DNA of 64,000 bases from an uncultured Candidatus Saccharibacteria bacterium (GCA_964452875.1 CAYVNG010000002.1:1459-65458); one strand, 5' to 3'. Shown: positions 29,468-39,187, counted from the first letter of the stretch. A program made the numbers and translations. Notes: generated by a model from the sequence alone, not told the origin.

Positions 29468-29857
29468 TTATTTGCCTTTTTTCAAATCAGTTTTCTTGGC
29501 TGCAACTTTCGCCTTCGGCTTTTTAGCCTCTTTCAAAATAAGGGTTATATGCGAAGTCTTCTTCTGGATGGGAGCGCCCTGGCCCCTGGCCCTGGCCCTC
29601 CATCGTTTCGCTTTCGGCCCTTCGTCAACCGTTATCTTGGAAATGTAAAACCCGGAAGAGTCGCCCATCTTGAAATTGTTCTTGGCGTTAGCCACGGCCT
29701 GATTTAAAAGCTTCAATAACGGCAGAGACCCTTTTTTTACGGCAAAGCCCAAGATCGCCCGGGACTGCTCGACCGATTTTCCCCTGACCAAATCAGCAAT
29801 CAATCTCACTTTCCTTGGCGCTATCCTTAAATAATTCAATTGGGCTTTGATTTCCAT
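29468..29857 (-). CDS. rplV: 50S ribosomal protein L22
   Basis: 129 aa. LRIAPRKVRLIADLVRGK. Confidence 0.95.
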   Translation of the reverse strand: MEIKAQLNYLRIAPRKVRLIADLVRGKSVEQSRAILGFAVKKGSLPLLKLLNQAVANAKNNFKMGDSSGFYISKITVDEGPKAKRWRARARGQGAPIQKKTSHITLILKEAKKPKAKVAAKKTDLKKGK

Positions 29858-29863
29858 GTTTTT

Positions 29864-30220
29864 TTATTTTCCAGCCGGGGCTTTAGCAGGAGCTTTTGCC
29901 GGAGCATTCGCCGGGGCAGCTGCAGAAGGCGTTCCTTCAGCGCCCTTTTCCATTTCTCTCTGCATCTTTCCTCCGTGCTTCCCGAATTTCGTGGTATGCG
30001 AAAACTCTCCTAATTTATGGCCGACCATCTCCTCTGCGATATAGACCGGTACGTGGTCTTTCCCGTTATGGACGCCGAAAGTGAACCCGACCATTTCGGG
30101 AGTGACGGTGCTCTCCCTTCTCCATGTCTTAATGACGGTCTTGGAGCCGGGCTGCATCTTCCTCACCTTTTCGGCAAGCTTTTCGTCGACATATGGGCCT
30201 TTTTTAAGCGATCGTGCCAT
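29864..30220 (-). CDS. rpsS: 30S ribosomal protein S19 with a C-terminal Ala/Pro/Lys extension
   Basis: 118 aa. SLKKGPYVD...[13 protein letters not shown] core, followed by ...[19 protein letters not shown]. Confidence 0.95.
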   Translation of the reverse strand: MARSLKKGPYVDEKLAEKVRKMQPGSKTVIKTWRRESTVTPEMVGFTFGVHNGKDHVPVYIAEEMVGHKLGEFSHTTKFGKHGGKMQREMEKGAEGTPSAAAPANAPAKAPAKAPAGK

Positions 30221-30224
30221 GTTT

Positions 30225-31052
30225 TTATTTGTTCTTCTTTCTTCTTGCGATGATTAATTTGTCGCTTCTCTTGTTTCTCCTTGTCCTCACTCCATAAGCG
30301 GGTTTTCCCCATTTGGTCTTGGGTCCTGCCATCCCTCTGCCGGTTCTTCCTTCTCCTCCTCCGTGCGGATGGTCGTTTACGCTCATGGCCGTTCCTCTGA
30401 CAGAAGGCCTTATGCCCCTGTATCTGCTTTTGCCTGCTTTCCCGAGAAAAATGTATTTATGCTCGGGCCTGGAGATCACTCCGATGGTGGCGAAGCATTC
30501 GTCCTTCACCTTCCTCACTTCCGTGGAAGGAAGGATCAAATGGACGTATCCGCCTTCCTGGGCCAGCACTTTGGCTGAAGATCCGGCCCCTTTGGCCATT
30601 TTTCCTCCTCTGCCAGGATCCAGCTCGATATTGCAGACCATAGTGCCGACAGGAATATTCTTCAGCATCATCCTGTTTCCTGGCCTGACCTGCTCCTTTT
30701 CTCCGCAGATAACCTCGTCTCCGATTTTAATATCCTGGGGAGCGAGCCTGTATCTTTTTCCCCCGTCATTGTATTCCAGCAGCATTATGAAAGAAGTTCT
30801 GAAAGGGTCGTACTCAAGCGCGGCAACCTTGGCCGGAACGTCCATCTTTTCCTGACCGAAATCTATGATCCGGTAAAGCTTTTTGGCTCCACCTCCCTGG
30901 TGCCTTACTGTTATCCTGCCCGTATTCCCCCTGCCCCCGTTCCTTTTAACCGAAACCAGCAGATTTTTTTCCGGCTTTTTCTTGGTAAGAGCTGAAAAAT
31001 CTTCCATCATCATCCCTCTTCTTCCCGGCGTTATGGGTTTGTATTTCTTCAT
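30225..31052 (-). CDS. rplB: 50S ribosomal protein L2
   Basis: Start set at [13 protein letters not shown] (ATGA overlap with the rplW stop). The track ORF extends to 31121. HPHGGGEGR motif present. Confidence 0.95.
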   Translation of the reverse strand: MKKYKPITPGRRGMMMEDFSALTKKKPEKNLLVSVKRNGGRGNTGRITVRHQGGGAKKLYRIIDFGQEKMDVPAKVAALEYDPFRTSFIMLLEYNDGGKRYRLAPQDIKIGDEVICGEKEQVRPGNRMMLKNIPVGTMVCNIELDPGRGGKMAKGAGSSAKVLAQEGGYVHLILPSTEVRKVKDECFATIGVISRPEHKYIFLGKAGKSRYRGIRPSVRGTAMSVNDHPHGGGEGRTGRGMAGPKTKWGKPAYGVRTRRNKRSDKLIIARRKKNK

Positions 31053-31444
31053 CTGGGTAATATTTCTATTTTCTGCCCCTTCTTCAGCCTGACTACGGCT
31101 TTCTTGTATCCTTTCTTCCAACCCTGCCTTTTGCCCATCCTTTTTCTTTTCGGAGGCACGTTGACGATCTTCACCGCCACGACCTCGACTCCGTACAGGT
31201 CTTCAACCGCTTTTCCGATTTCGGATTTAGCAGCCGAAGGCAGGACTTTGAAAGCGTAATGGCCCTCGTTGGCAGAATCAGTCGCCTTCTCTGTTACGTG
31301 CGGGGAAGCGAGTATCCTCCAGGCGACGCTCTTTGTCCCTCTCGGGGACGAAGGCGCCTTGGTGGCGTCAATTTTCGCTTCCTTTTTCGCGGAAGGCTTC
31401 TTTACGGGACCGTCCTTTTTCTTTTTTAATCCCAAATCAATCAT
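31049..31444 (-). CDS. rplW: 50S ribosomal protein L23 (Lys-rich N-terminal extension)
   Basis: 131 aa. Core ILASPHVTEKA...YAFKV...VNVPPKRKR. Confidence 0.9.
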   Translation of the reverse strand: MIDLGLKKKKDGPVKKPSAKKEAKIDATKAPSSPRGTKSVAWRILASPHVTEKATDSANEGHYAFKVLPSAAKSEIGKAVEDLYGVEVVAVKIVNVPPKRKRMGKRQGWKKGYKKAVVRLKKGQKIEILPR

Positions 31445-32070
31445 TTGCTTGAAAAAATATTCTCTATTACTTTAATGCTTTCTTTGGGCAAAATCAAATA
31501 TCTAAAAGAGGCTGCCTGGAGAGCATTCAGATTTTTGGCCTCCGTTATGCTGAATCCCTCGATGTTCCTTACAGCCAAGACTATCTTTTTTTCGTATTTC
31601 GGGACCACCAACAAACCTTTTCCCTTACAGGGCAGGCTCAAAAGCTTCTTTGCCATGGTTTTGGTCTTTCCGTCCTCGGAAACGAGCTTATCCAGAATGA
31701 TCAAAAACCCTTCTTTCGCCTTCGAGGAAAGAACTTGAAAAAGGGCCTTTCTTCTCATCTCTTTGTTTATCTTCTTTTTGAAATTCTTCTCTTTTACCGG
31801 GCCGAAAGTGACCCCTCCTCCTATCCATAAGGGAGAACGGATCGATCCGTGCCTCGCCCTTCCTGTCCCTTTCTGCTTCCAGGGCTTCTTTCCTCCTCCT
31901 CTCACTTCTCCCCTGTCTTTGGCGCGGGCTGTTCCCTGCCTCAGATTCGCCATTTGGGAAACGATCACCTGGAAAAGAAGATCTTTATTCGGTTCCAACC
32001 CGAAAACTCCGGACGGCAGTCTGGTTTGGGTTAACTTCTTTCCTTGCTGATCGTACGTGTCTGCCAACAT
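31441..32070 (-). CDS. rplD: 50S ribosomal protein L4
   Basis: 209 aa. GGGKKPWKQKGTGRARHGSIRSPLW. Confidence 0.95.
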   Translation of the reverse strand: MLADTYDQQGKKLTQTRLPSGVFGLEPNKDLLFQVIVSQMANLRQGTARAKDRGEVRGGGKKPWKQKGTGRARHGSIRSPLWIGGGVTFGPVKEKNFKKKINKEMRRKALFQVLSSKAKEGFLIILDKLVSEDGKTKTMAKKLLSLPCKGKGLLVVPKYEKKIVLAVRNIEGFSITEAKNLNALQAASFRYLILPKESIKVIENIFSSK

Positions 32071-32074
32071 ATGC

Positions 32075-32668
32075 TTATTTGCCTCTTATCTCCAATAATG
32101 AATTTTTTGTTCCCGGAACCGCGCCCTTTATCGCCATAATGCCGTTTTCTAAATCGATCTTCGCTATCTTCAGGTATCCGACTGTCACTCTGGAGCCTCC
32201 GAGGCGGCCCGGCATTTTCTTCCCCTTGATGACCCTTTGAGGTGTGGTGCTTCCGGCAGATCCTATGGTCCTTTGCTCGTGCTTCACCCCGTGGGTGGCG
32301 TTCCTTCCCGAAAATCCCCATCTTTTCACTGCACCCTGGAACCCCTTCCCTTTGCTCTGCCCTGATATTTTCACCTTGTCGCCTTCCTGGAAAAGGGAAA
32401 CGTCGAATTTATCTCCCATCTTGATGTCTTTCACCTCTCCCCTGAATTCCCTTATTATTTTGAACGGCTTGGATTTCTGGTTTTTCTTGACCCTTTTTTC
32501 TTCAATCCTGGCTTGGCCCATCTGGACCGCTTCGTAGCCTGACTTCTCCTTCGTTTTTATCTCCAAAACCTCGCAGGGGGAAACCTCGATCAAGGTGACG
32601 GGAACATTCTTCCCGTCTTTGTCAAAAACCTGCGACATTCCTATTTTCCTTCCTAAGGCGAATTTCAT
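32075..32668 (-). CDS. rplC: 50S ribosomal protein L3
   Basis: 197 aa. GKGFQGAVKRWGF. Confidence 0.95.
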   Translation of the reverse strand: MKFALGRKIGMSQVFDKDGKNVPVTLIEVSPCEVLEIKTKEKSGYEAVQMGQARIEEKRVKKNQKSKPFKIIREFRGEVKDIKMGDKFDVSLFQEGDKVKISGQSKGKGFQGAVKRWGFSGRNATHGVKHEQRTIGSAGSTTPQRVIKGKKMPGRLGGSRVTVGYLKIAKIDLENGIMAIKGAVPGTKNSLLEIRGK

Positions 32669-32800
32669 ATGCTTGAGAAAAGCAATTGAAAACCGGGCAT
32701 AGCCCGGCTTCCCTTTCCATGGCTATTTGATGCTACTTTCTTTTTAAATTAATTTTGAATTATCGGACATGCGATGATTTTCAGGCAAAGCCTGGCAACT

Positions 32801-33139
32801 TTACATTTTTATCTCGATGTCCACTCCGGCAGGCAGATTCAGATTGCTCAAAGCGTCAATGGTCTTGGGGACGGGATTGGTTATCTCAATGAGCCTTTTA
32901 TGGGTCCTCATTTCGAACTGTTCCCTGCTGTCCTTGTGCACGAACGAAGAACGGTTGACCGTGAATTTTTTCGTTTCCGTAGGCAAAGGGACAGGCCCGG
33001 ACAATTCCCCGCCGTATCGCAAAACAGTCTCAACGATCTGTCTGGCGCTGCTGTCTATCACTTTATGGTCGTAAGACCTAAGCTTTATCTTTATCTTAGG
33101 TATCACTTTTTCCTCTTTTTCTGCTTTTTTAACTGCCAT
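32801..33139 (-). CDS. rpsJ: 30S ribosomal protein S10
   Basis: 112 aa. [13 protein letters not shown]...[35 protein letters not shown]. Confidence 0.95.
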   Translation of the reverse strand: MAVKKAEKEEKVIPKIKIKLRSYDHKVIDSSARQIVETVLRYGGELSGPVPLPTETKKFTVNRSSFVHKDSREQFEMRTHKRLIEITNPVPKTIDALSNLNLPAGVDIEIKM

Positions 33140-33205
33140 TGTATAAAAGAACGTTATGACGGAAATCCAAGGAGAACCCTGTTTAGAAGGTTCTCCCCTG
33201 ATTTC

Positions 33206-34405
33206 CTATTTTACGATTTTCGTCACCACTCCGGCCCCGACAGTTTTTCCGCCCTCTCTGATGGCGAATTTCTGCTTCTCTTCCATGGCGATCGGAGCTA
33301 TCAATTTCACTTTCAGATTGACCGTGTCTCCGGGCATGACCATCTCCGTTCCCTCCGGCAAAGTCACGTCAGCTGTAACGTCAGTCGTCCTGAAATAGAA
33401 CTGGGGCTTGTACCCGGTGAAGAATGGCGTATGCCTTCCTCCTTCTTCCTTTGTCAGAATATAGACTTCCCCGTCGAATTCGGTGTGGGGGGTGATGGAT
33501 CCGGGTTTGGCCAGAATTTGGCCTCTCTCCACGTCCTCCTTCTTCAACCCCCTCAGAAGAATACCCACGTTGTCGCCGGCCATTCCCTCGTCAAGTATCT
33601 TGTTGAACATTTCTATGCTGATGACGGTCGTCTTCAGGGTTGGTTTGAGCCCTACCAATTCCGCGTCCTCGTTGGCATGGACGACTCCTCTTTCAATCCT
33701 TCCAGTGGCTACCGTCCCTCTTCCGGCTATAGAGAATACGTCTTCTATGGCCATCAGGAAAGGCTTTTCCTTTTCCCTTGCCGGCTCTGGAATATGCTCG
33801 TCAACCGCCTTCAAAAGCTCTCCTATGGCTTTTGCGGCTTCATCGTCCGGGGAAGTGGCTTCCAAGGCTTTGAGGGCCGAGCCCCTGATTATGGGTATTT
33901 CGTCTCCGGGATAATTGTATTTCTTCAAAAGCTCCCTCACTTCAGATTCGACCAGATTTATCATTTCAGGATCGTCAACCATGTCGCATTTATTCAGAAA
34001 TACGACAAAAGCCGGCAGTCCTACCTGCCTTGCCAGAAGAACGTGCTCCCTGGTCTGAGGCATTGGCCCGTCTGAGGCTGAAACAACCAAAATGGCTCCG
34101 TCCATCTGGGCTGCTCCCGTGATCATGTTCTTGATATAGTCGGCGTGCCCGGGGCAGTCGATGAAGGCATAGTGCCTCTTGTCGGTCGAGAATTCCAAGT
34201 GGGAAATGTTGATCGTCAGTCCTCTTGCTTTTTCCTCGGGCGCTGAATCGATTTCAGCCACCGACTTCTTTGAACCGGACCACCCTTTCATGGCGGCATA
34301 GTTCAGGATGGCTGCCGACAAAGTGGTCTTGCCGTGATCGACGTGTCCGATCGTTCCTACGTTGAGATGGGGCTTTCCCCTTTCGAATTTTGCTTTTTCG
34401 GCCAT
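33206..34405 (-). CDS. tuf: Elongation factor Tu
   Basis: 399 aa. [21 protein letters not shown]. Confidence 0.97.
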   Translation of the reverse strand: MAEKAKFERGKPHLNVGTIGHVDHGKTTLSAAILNYAAMKGWSGSKKSVAEIDSAPEEKARGLTINISHLEFSTDKRHYAFIDCPGHADYIKNMITGAAQMDGAILVVSASDGPMPQTREHVLLARQVGLPAFVVFLNKCDMVDDPEMINLVESEVRELLKKYNYPGDEIPIIRGSALKALEATSPDDEAAKAIGELLKAVDEHIPEPAREKEKPFLMAIEDVFSIAGRGTVATGRIERGVVHANEDAELVGLKPTLKTTVISIEMFNKILDEGMAGDNVGILLRGLKKEDVERGQILAKPGSITPHTEFDGEVYILTKEEGGRHTPFFTGYKPQFYFRTTDVTADVTLPEGTEMVMPGDTVNLKVKLIAPIAMEEKQKFAIREGGKTVGAGVVTKIVK

Positions 34406-34504
34406 GTTTTTGGTTTTAACATTTGGTCGTCAACCGTTTAAACTGCTCATGCCCTTTAAACGCTGTAAAGATCAAATGTCTGTTTTTTATTTACGCTGGT
34501 GTTT

Positions 34505-34533
34505 ATTCTATATATTTTTAAAAATATTGTCAA
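34505..34533 (-). promoter_or_regulatory. Sigma-70-type promoter for tuf
   Basis: Minus strand reads TTGACA-(17 nt)-TAGAAT. Starts 10 nt after the stop of the upstream small ORF. Implies a ~95-nt tuf leader. Confidence 0.65.
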
Positions 34534-34542
34534 CCTTTTGGC

Positions 34543-34791
34543 TCAGAACGGCAGATCATCTATCTTCAACTCTTCTTTCTGGAGTTCCAATGGAAGGCTC
34601 CCTTTGACCAGTTCGGCTTTCGGTTCCTGCAGCATGGTCGGGAATGAGACCTGGCCAGGAAAATCGTTTTTCTTTAAAGTGCGCTTGTACTCCACGAAAT
34701 TCATGACCACCGCCACCGGCCTGCCTTCTTCCACTATTATCAGCTTCCCGGACTCTCCGTTGATAAGCTGTTTTATTTCTTCAAAGCTCAT
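34543..34791 (-). CDS. Small hypothetical protein, PhD/YefM-antitoxin-like N-terminus, acidic C-terminal ...KIDDLPF tail
   Basis: 82-aa ORF between fusA and tuf. GKLIIVEEGRPVAVVMNFVEYKR resembles the Phd/YefM fold pattern. Family call made by eye only. Confidence 0.5.
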   Translation of the reverse strand: MSFEEIKQLINGESGKLIIVEEGRPVAVVMNFVEYKRTLKKNDFPGQVSFPTMLQEPKAELVKGSLPLELQKEELKIDDLPF

Positions 34792-34831
34792 GTTTATTTG
34801 ATTATATCAATTAATCGAACGCAATCAAGCC

Positions 34832-36967
34832 TTATTTCCTCTTCCCTTCCACTATCTCCTGGGCGATGTTGGCTGGAACGGCTTCATAATGGTTGAATTC
34901 CATGGTGAAAGTGCCCCTTCCTTCAGTCAGCGACCGCAAAGCCGTCGCATATCCGAACATCTCCGACAAGGGAACCTTGGCCGAAACTACTTTCATATTG
35001 AATCTGTCGCTCGTATCTTCTATTTTCCCTCTCCTTGAAGAAAGGTCCCCTATGGTATCTCCGAAAAATTCTTCCGGAATTATGACTTCTGTATTCATTA
35101 TCGGCTCAAGCAGAACGGGCTTGGCCTTCCTGGCTCCGGCCTGAAAGGCCATGGAAGCTGCGATTTTGAAAGCCATTTCCGAAGAATCAACGTCGTGGAA
35201 AGATCCGTCGTAAAGGGTGACCGCCAGATCAACGACAGGGTATCCTGCCACCACGCCCTTGTCTAAGGCTTCCTTGACTCCCTTTTCCACGGCCGGAATG
35301 AATTCCTGAGGAATGATTCCTCCCTTGATTTCATTGATGAACTCGAATCCCTTGCCTCTTTCTTTGGGTTCCAATTTCAGCCAGACATGGCCGTACTGGC
35401 CCCTTCCTCCGGACTGCTTTATGTACTTGCCTTCGGCTTCCGCTTCCTGGGTGACCGTTTCCTTGTAGGCGACCTGGGGTTTTCCGACGTTCCCTTCGAC
35501 GTTGAACTCCCTCTTCATTCTGTCCACGATTATGTCCAGATGCAGCTCGCCCATCCCGGAAATGACGGTTTCCCCTGTCTCCTGGTCGCTTTTTATCCTG
35601 AAAGTCGGATCCTCTTCTGCCAGCTTCTTCATGGCCAGACCCATTTTCTCCTGGTCAGCCTTGGTTTTAGGCTCAATCCTGATGGAAATGACAGGCTCGG
35701 GAAAAACGATCTGCTCGAGCAGTATTAAATGATTTTCGTCGCACAAAGTATTGCCGGTGGTCGTGTTCTTCAGCCCGACGGTAGCCGCTATGTCCCCGCA
35801 GAACAATTCTTCCACTTCCTCCCTGGCGGCCGCATGCATCCTCAGTATCCTCCCTATTCTTTCTTTCTCGCCCGTGTTCACGTTAAGGACGTAAGAACCT
35901 TTTTGCAAAGTCCCGGAATACACTCTGAAATAAGTCAAAGTGCCGACAAAAGGGTCGGTCGCTATTTTGAAGGCCAAAGCGGAAAAAGGCTCTCCGTCGT
36001 CGGCCTTCCTGAAAGCCGGCTCTCCTGTTTTAGGGTCTATCCCCTGGATCGCAGGCAGGTCCACCGGACTGGGAAGATATTCTATCACCGCGTCAAGCAA
36101 AGGCTGGATTCCCTTGTTCCTCAAGGCGGTTCCGCAGAAAACCGGCACCAATTTGTATCCTATGGTGGCTTTTCTCAGAACTTTTCTCAGATCTTGGTTC
36201 GAGACCTCTTTCCCGGCAAGGTATTCTTCCAGCATCTGCTCATCTTCAGCCGCGATCTTTTCAACCAGCCTTTCTCTCCATTCTTTGGCTTTGTCTTTCA
36301 TGTCTTCGGGAATTTCCCCTTCTTTCACTTCCTGTCCTAAATCGCCCTCAAAGCTGAGCATTTTCATGTCCAGAAGGTTTATTATCCCATTGAAAGAGCT
36401 CTCTCTCCCGACAGGGATCTGGAGGGCGACGGCATTTGGCGAAAGTTTTTTCAGGATCGAGTTGAAGCTTTTCTCAAAATCGGCTCCCATCCTGTCGAGC
36501 TTGTTTATGAAGCAGATCCTTGGAACGTGGAATTTGTCAGCCTGCCTCCAGACGGTTTCTGACTGAGGCTCGACTCCGGCTACTCCGTCGAAAACGACGA
36601 CCGCTCCGTCAAGGACCCTCAAAGATCTCTGGACCTCGACAGTGAAGTCGATATGCCCGGGAGTGTCGATGATGTTTATCCTGTGTATTCCCTCAAAAAT
36701 TGACCGGGACTGGAAAGACTCGTTGTCCTTTTGCAAATATCCCTCCGGCTTCCAAAAGCAGGTGGTGGCGGCCGAAGTGATGGTGATCCCCCTTTCCCTT
36801 TCTTGGACCATCCAATCCATGACGGCCTGGCCTTCGTGGACCTCTCCTATCTTATGGGAAATTCCCGTGTAAAACAAAATGCGCTCGCTGACGGTTGTCT
36901 TGCCTGCGTCAATATGGGCGATGATTCCTATATTCCTTACTTTTTCAATTGGATGTTTTCTGGGCAT
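34832..36967 (-). CDS. fusA: Elongation factor G
   Basis: 711 aa. [17 protein letters not shown], and domain IV/V patterns. Confidence 0.97.
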   Translation of the reverse strand: MPRKHPIEKVRNIGIIAHIDAGKTTVSERILFYTGISHKIGEVHEGQAVMDWMVQERERGITITSAATTCFWKPEGYLQKDNESFQSRSIFEGIHRINIIDTPGHIDFTVEVQRSLRVLDGAVVVFDGVAGVEPQSETVWRQADKFHVPRICFINKLDRMGADFEKSFNSILKKLSPNAVALQIPVGRESSFNGIINLLDMKMLSFEGDLGQEVKEGEIPEDMKDKAKEWRERLVEKIAAEDEQMLEEYLAGKEVSNQDLRKVLRKATIGYKLVPVFCGTALRNKGIQPLLDAVIEYLPSPVDLPAIQGIDPKTGEPAFRKADDGEPFSALAFKIATDPFVGTLTYFRVYSGTLQKGSYVLNVNTGEKERIGRILRMHAAAREEVEELFCGDIAATVGLKNTTTGNTLCDENHLILLEQIVFPEPVISIRIEPKTKADQEKMGLAMKKLAEEDPTFRIKSDQETGETVISGMGELHLDIIVDRMKREFNVEGNVGKPQVAYKETVTQEAEAEGKYIKQSGGRGQYGHVWLKLEPKERGKGFEFINEIKGGIIPQEFIPAVEKGVKEALDKGVVAGYPVVDLAVTLYDGSFHDVDSSEMAFKIAASMAFQAGARKAKPVLLEPIMNTEVIIPEEFFGDTIGDLSSRRGKIEDTSDRFNMKVVSAKVPLSEMFGYATALRSLTEGRGTFTMEFNHYEAVPANIAQEIVEGKRK

Positions 36968-36987
36968 AAAAAAACAGCGGACGGTTA

Positions 36988-37452
36988 TTACCAGGAAAAG
37001 TGGGCGAAAGCCCTGTTTGCCTCGGCCATCCTGTGGGTGTCTTCTTTCTTTTTAACGGCCGGCCCTGCGTTTCCGGCAGCGGCAATGAGCTCTTCGGCCA
37101 GCTTCTCTTTCATCGCTTTGCCTTTCTTGCTCCTGGCTGCGTCAAGTATCCATCTCAAAGCCAATCCCGTCTTCCTGTTCCCCTTCACTTCCCTGGGAAC
37201 CTGGTAAGTGGCTCCTCCCACCCTTTTGGGCTTCACTTCGAGCATGGGAGCCACGTTGTTCACGGCGGCGTTGAAAACCTCGACCGGATCTTTCTTGCTC
37301 TTTTCCTTTATGATTTCGAAGCTGTCGTAGACTATTTTCCTGGCAACGCTCTTCTTTCCCATCTTCATCACCTGATTGACAAGCTTTTCAACCAGAACAT
37401 CCCCGTAAACGGGATCGGGTTCTGTATTTCTTGTTTTTATCTTCTTTGCCAT
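36988..37452 (-). CDS. rpsG: 30S ribosomal protein S7
   Basis: 154 aa. C-terminal [14 protein letters not shown]. Confidence 0.95.
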   Translation of the reverse strand: MAKKIKTRNTEPDPVYGDVLVEKLVNQVMKMGKKSVARKIVYDSFEIIKEKSKKDPVEVFNAAVNNVAPMLEVKPKRVGGATYQVPREVKGNRKTGLALRWILDAARSKKGKAMKEKLAEELIAAAGNAGPAVKKKEDTHRMAEANRAFAHFSW

Positions 37453-37456
37453 TTTT

Positions 37457-37870
37457 TTATTTCGTCGGCTTCTTTGCCCCGTATTTTGATCTCTGGTCTT
37501 TCCTTCCTTCCACTCCGGCCGTGTCCAAAACGCCTCTCACTATATGGTATCTCACTCCGGGCAGGTCTTTCACCCTTCCCCCCCTCAGCACCACTACCGA
37601 GTGCTCCTGGAGGTTATGCCCTTCTCCGGGGATGTAGGCCGTGACTTCCATGCCGTTGGTCAGCCTCACTCTGGCTACTTTCCTTAAGGCGGAATTAGGC
37701 TTCTTGGGCGTGGTGGTGAACACTTTCTGACAGACCCCTCTTTTAAAAGGAGAAAGATATCGCATCGGCCTGTTTTTGATCACGTTGAACCCGAAAGCCA
37801 AAGCCGGCGTCTTTGAAGCCTTTTTCGTCTTTTTCCTTCCTTTTTTAATTAGTTGTCGGATCGTTGGCAT
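37457..37870 (-). CDS. rpsL: 30S ribosomal protein S12
   Basis: 137 aa. [12 protein letters not shown]...[16 protein letters not shown]. Confidence 0.97.
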   Translation of the reverse strand: MPTIRQLIKKGRKKTKKASKTPALAFGFNVIKNRPMRYLSPFKRGVCQKVFTTTPKKPNSALRKVARVRLTNGMEVTAYIPGEGHNLQEHSVVVLRGGRVKDLPGVRYHIVRGVLDTAGVEGRKDQRSKYGAKKPTK

Positions 37871-38006
37871 GGTTGAAATAAAAAAAATTTTCTCATCGCG
37901 GCATAAAATCGTTTCAGCGGTTATACCGTTTTTAAATCTCTAGTATTTTAGCATCTAAGCTATAAATTAGCAACAAACAGGAAATATGTCAACCCTGTTT
38001 CCCTTT

Positions 38007-38630
38007 TTAAATTACTGAAGGCTGCCCGGTTATGAAAAAATATGCGTATCGGCTCAGGTATCCTAGAAGCTCGAGCCCGAAGGTGAAAAGGAAAATCAAC
38101 AGGATGAGGAAGCCGTGCTGCTTTATGAAAAGCCTGAAACTCTGGAATCTTTCCGGCAGAAAACTAAAGAGGATATGGGATCCGTCCAAAGGAGGAATGG
38201 GGACAAGGTTGAAAAAGGCCCATAAAACGTTGTAAAAGACGACTATGGCGAAAAGTTCGGCCATGGCTCCGGGAAGTATCATAAACCTCACGGCAAAACC
38301 GAATATCAAGGCAAGGAGCAAGTTGGCAGCAGGACCAGCGATGGAAACCTTGAGGTTCCCCCATTTCTTGTCCCTGAAATTGAAAGGATTGACGGGAACC
38401 GGCTTTGCCATCCCGAAAACTACCCCCCATCCTGTAATCGCCCTGATGGCGAAAGTGAAAATCGGAAGGAATATGGTCCCGAAAGGATCAATGTGTTTCA
38501 AAGGATTCAAGGTGAGGCGGCCTTCGTTCTTTGCCGTCGGATCCCCCAGATGCAAAGCCATGCCGCCGTGGGCGACTTCATGTATGACTATCGAGAAGAA
38601 CAGAACGATCAGTGATGTCACAAGCGCCAT
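38007..38630 (-). CDS. Site-2 protease family (peptidase M50) membrane metalloprotease
   Basis: 207 aa, multi-TM. HEVAHG zinc motif, LNPLKHIDPFGT, PIPPLDGSH. Confidence 0.85.
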   Translation of the reverse strand: MALVTSLIVLFFSIVIHEVAHGGMALHLGDPTAKNEGRLTLNPLKHIDPFGTIFLPIFTFAIRAITGWGVVFGMAKPVPVNPFNFRDKKWGNLKVSIAGPAANLLLALIFGFAVRFMILPGAMAELFAIVVFYNVLWAFFNLVPIPPLDGSHILFSFLPERFQSFRLFIKQHGFLILLIFLFTFGLELLGYLSRYAYFFITGQPSVI

Positions 38631-38721
38631 TTTTGTATTTTTCCCGGAAGGGGGTTGATTTAATTTCGATTTTCCTTTATTATATCATTGTCCGTATTTT
38701 TTAAAAGCATTGAAAAAAAAC

Positions 38722-38910
38722 ATGAGCAGAATCTGCCAAATTTGCCAAAAAAGGGGGAGAATGACCGGCAGCAGGAAAAAGCTGATGAGCAGATACAATC
38801 CCACCAACAAGACGAGGAAGCATCCGAACCTCCAGTGGGTCACTTTGACTTCCGGCCAAAGAGTTAAGGCCTGCGCTAAATGCATAAAGCGCCTCGGGAG
38901 AAAAAAATAG
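38722..38910 (+). CDS. rpmB: 50S ribosomal protein L28 (Cys-containing variant)
   Basis: MSRICQICQKRGRMTGSRKK...PNLQWV...CAKCIKRL. Start set at ATG 38722; the track uses an upstream TTG at 38710. Confidence 0.85.
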   Translation: MSRICQICQKRGRMTGSRKKLMSRYNPTNKTRKHPNLQWVTLTSGQRVKACAKCIKRLGRKK

Positions 38911-38921
38911 TTCATAACAAT

Positions 38922-38993
38922 CGGGGTGTAGTATAACGGCCATTATTTGCCCTTGGGGTGGGTAAGAACCGGGTTCAACTCCCGGCACCCCGA
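38922..38993 (+). tRNA. tRNA-Pro (anticodon GGG)
   Basis: Hand-folded cloverleaf. Acceptor CGGGGTG/CACCCCG, anticodon stem TGCCC/GGGTA with loop TTGGGGT, T arm CCGGG-TTCAACT-CCCGG, discriminator A. CCA is not encoded. Confidence 0.85.
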
Positions 38994-39001
38994 CAAACGA
39001 A

Positions 39002-39033
39002 CCAAAAAACAGCAGTCATCTGCTGTTTTTTGG
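39002..39033. terminator. Bidirectional intrinsic terminator
   Basis: Perfect palindrome CCAAAAAACAGCAG-TCAT-CTGCTGTTTTTTGG. Serves rpmB/tRNA-Pro on the plus strand and the candidate sRNA on the minus strand. Confidence 0.8.
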
Positions 39034-39172
39034 TTGCCCTGCTTTTTTTCTCGAGAATTCTTCTGGAAAATATTTCTTGTGGGTGCCCGCATTGCGCCGC
39101 CACGGCGGAACAAGATATAAGGCTCCCGTTTTGATATTTTGTCCCAGAATCTCAAGAAGATCAAACAGGGCT
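39002..39172 (-). ncRNA. Candidate structured small RNA (~170 nt, rod-like; class unknown, 6S-like architecture is only a hypothesis)
   Basis: Bounded by an extended -10 promoter and the terminator above. The 5' arm (39144-39171) pairs with the 3' arm (39036-39066): GCCCUGUUU/AAGCAGGGC, CUUGAGA/UCUCGAG, UUCUGG/CCAGAA, AAAAUAU/AUAUUUU. The apex is GC-rich. The only ORF has no SD. Confidence 0.45.
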
Positions 39173-39178
39173 GATTCC

Positions 39179-39187
39179 ATTATACCA
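39179..39187 (-). promoter_or_regulatory. Extended -10 promoter element (TGGTATAAT)
   Basis: Minus strand reads TGG-TATAAT, 22 nt downstream of the ndk stop. A TTGACC lies upstream but at only 11-nt spacing, so no canonical -35. Confidence 0.5.

Noticed and set aside
29870-29935. Short tandem repeats that might suggest a repeat array.
   Set aside because: The repeats are in-frame within rpsS, encoding an APAK-type tail. Units are about 12 nt and imperfect, with no spacers. This is not a CRISPR or a non-coding repeat.
32774-34075. A 433-aa plus-strand ORF, and many other long plus-strand ORFs across 1-38 kb.
   Set aside because: It is antisense to tuf and rpsJ, which have unmistakable signatures. 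Its translation is low-complexity (R/F/L/S-rich) with no motif. Long antisense ORFs are expected opposite highly expressed genes with codon bias.
38685-39164. Minus-strand ORFs of 73-95 aa overlapping rpmB and tRNA-Pro.
   Set aside because: They are antisense to a recognisable L28 gene and run across a tRNA. They have no SD and no motifs.
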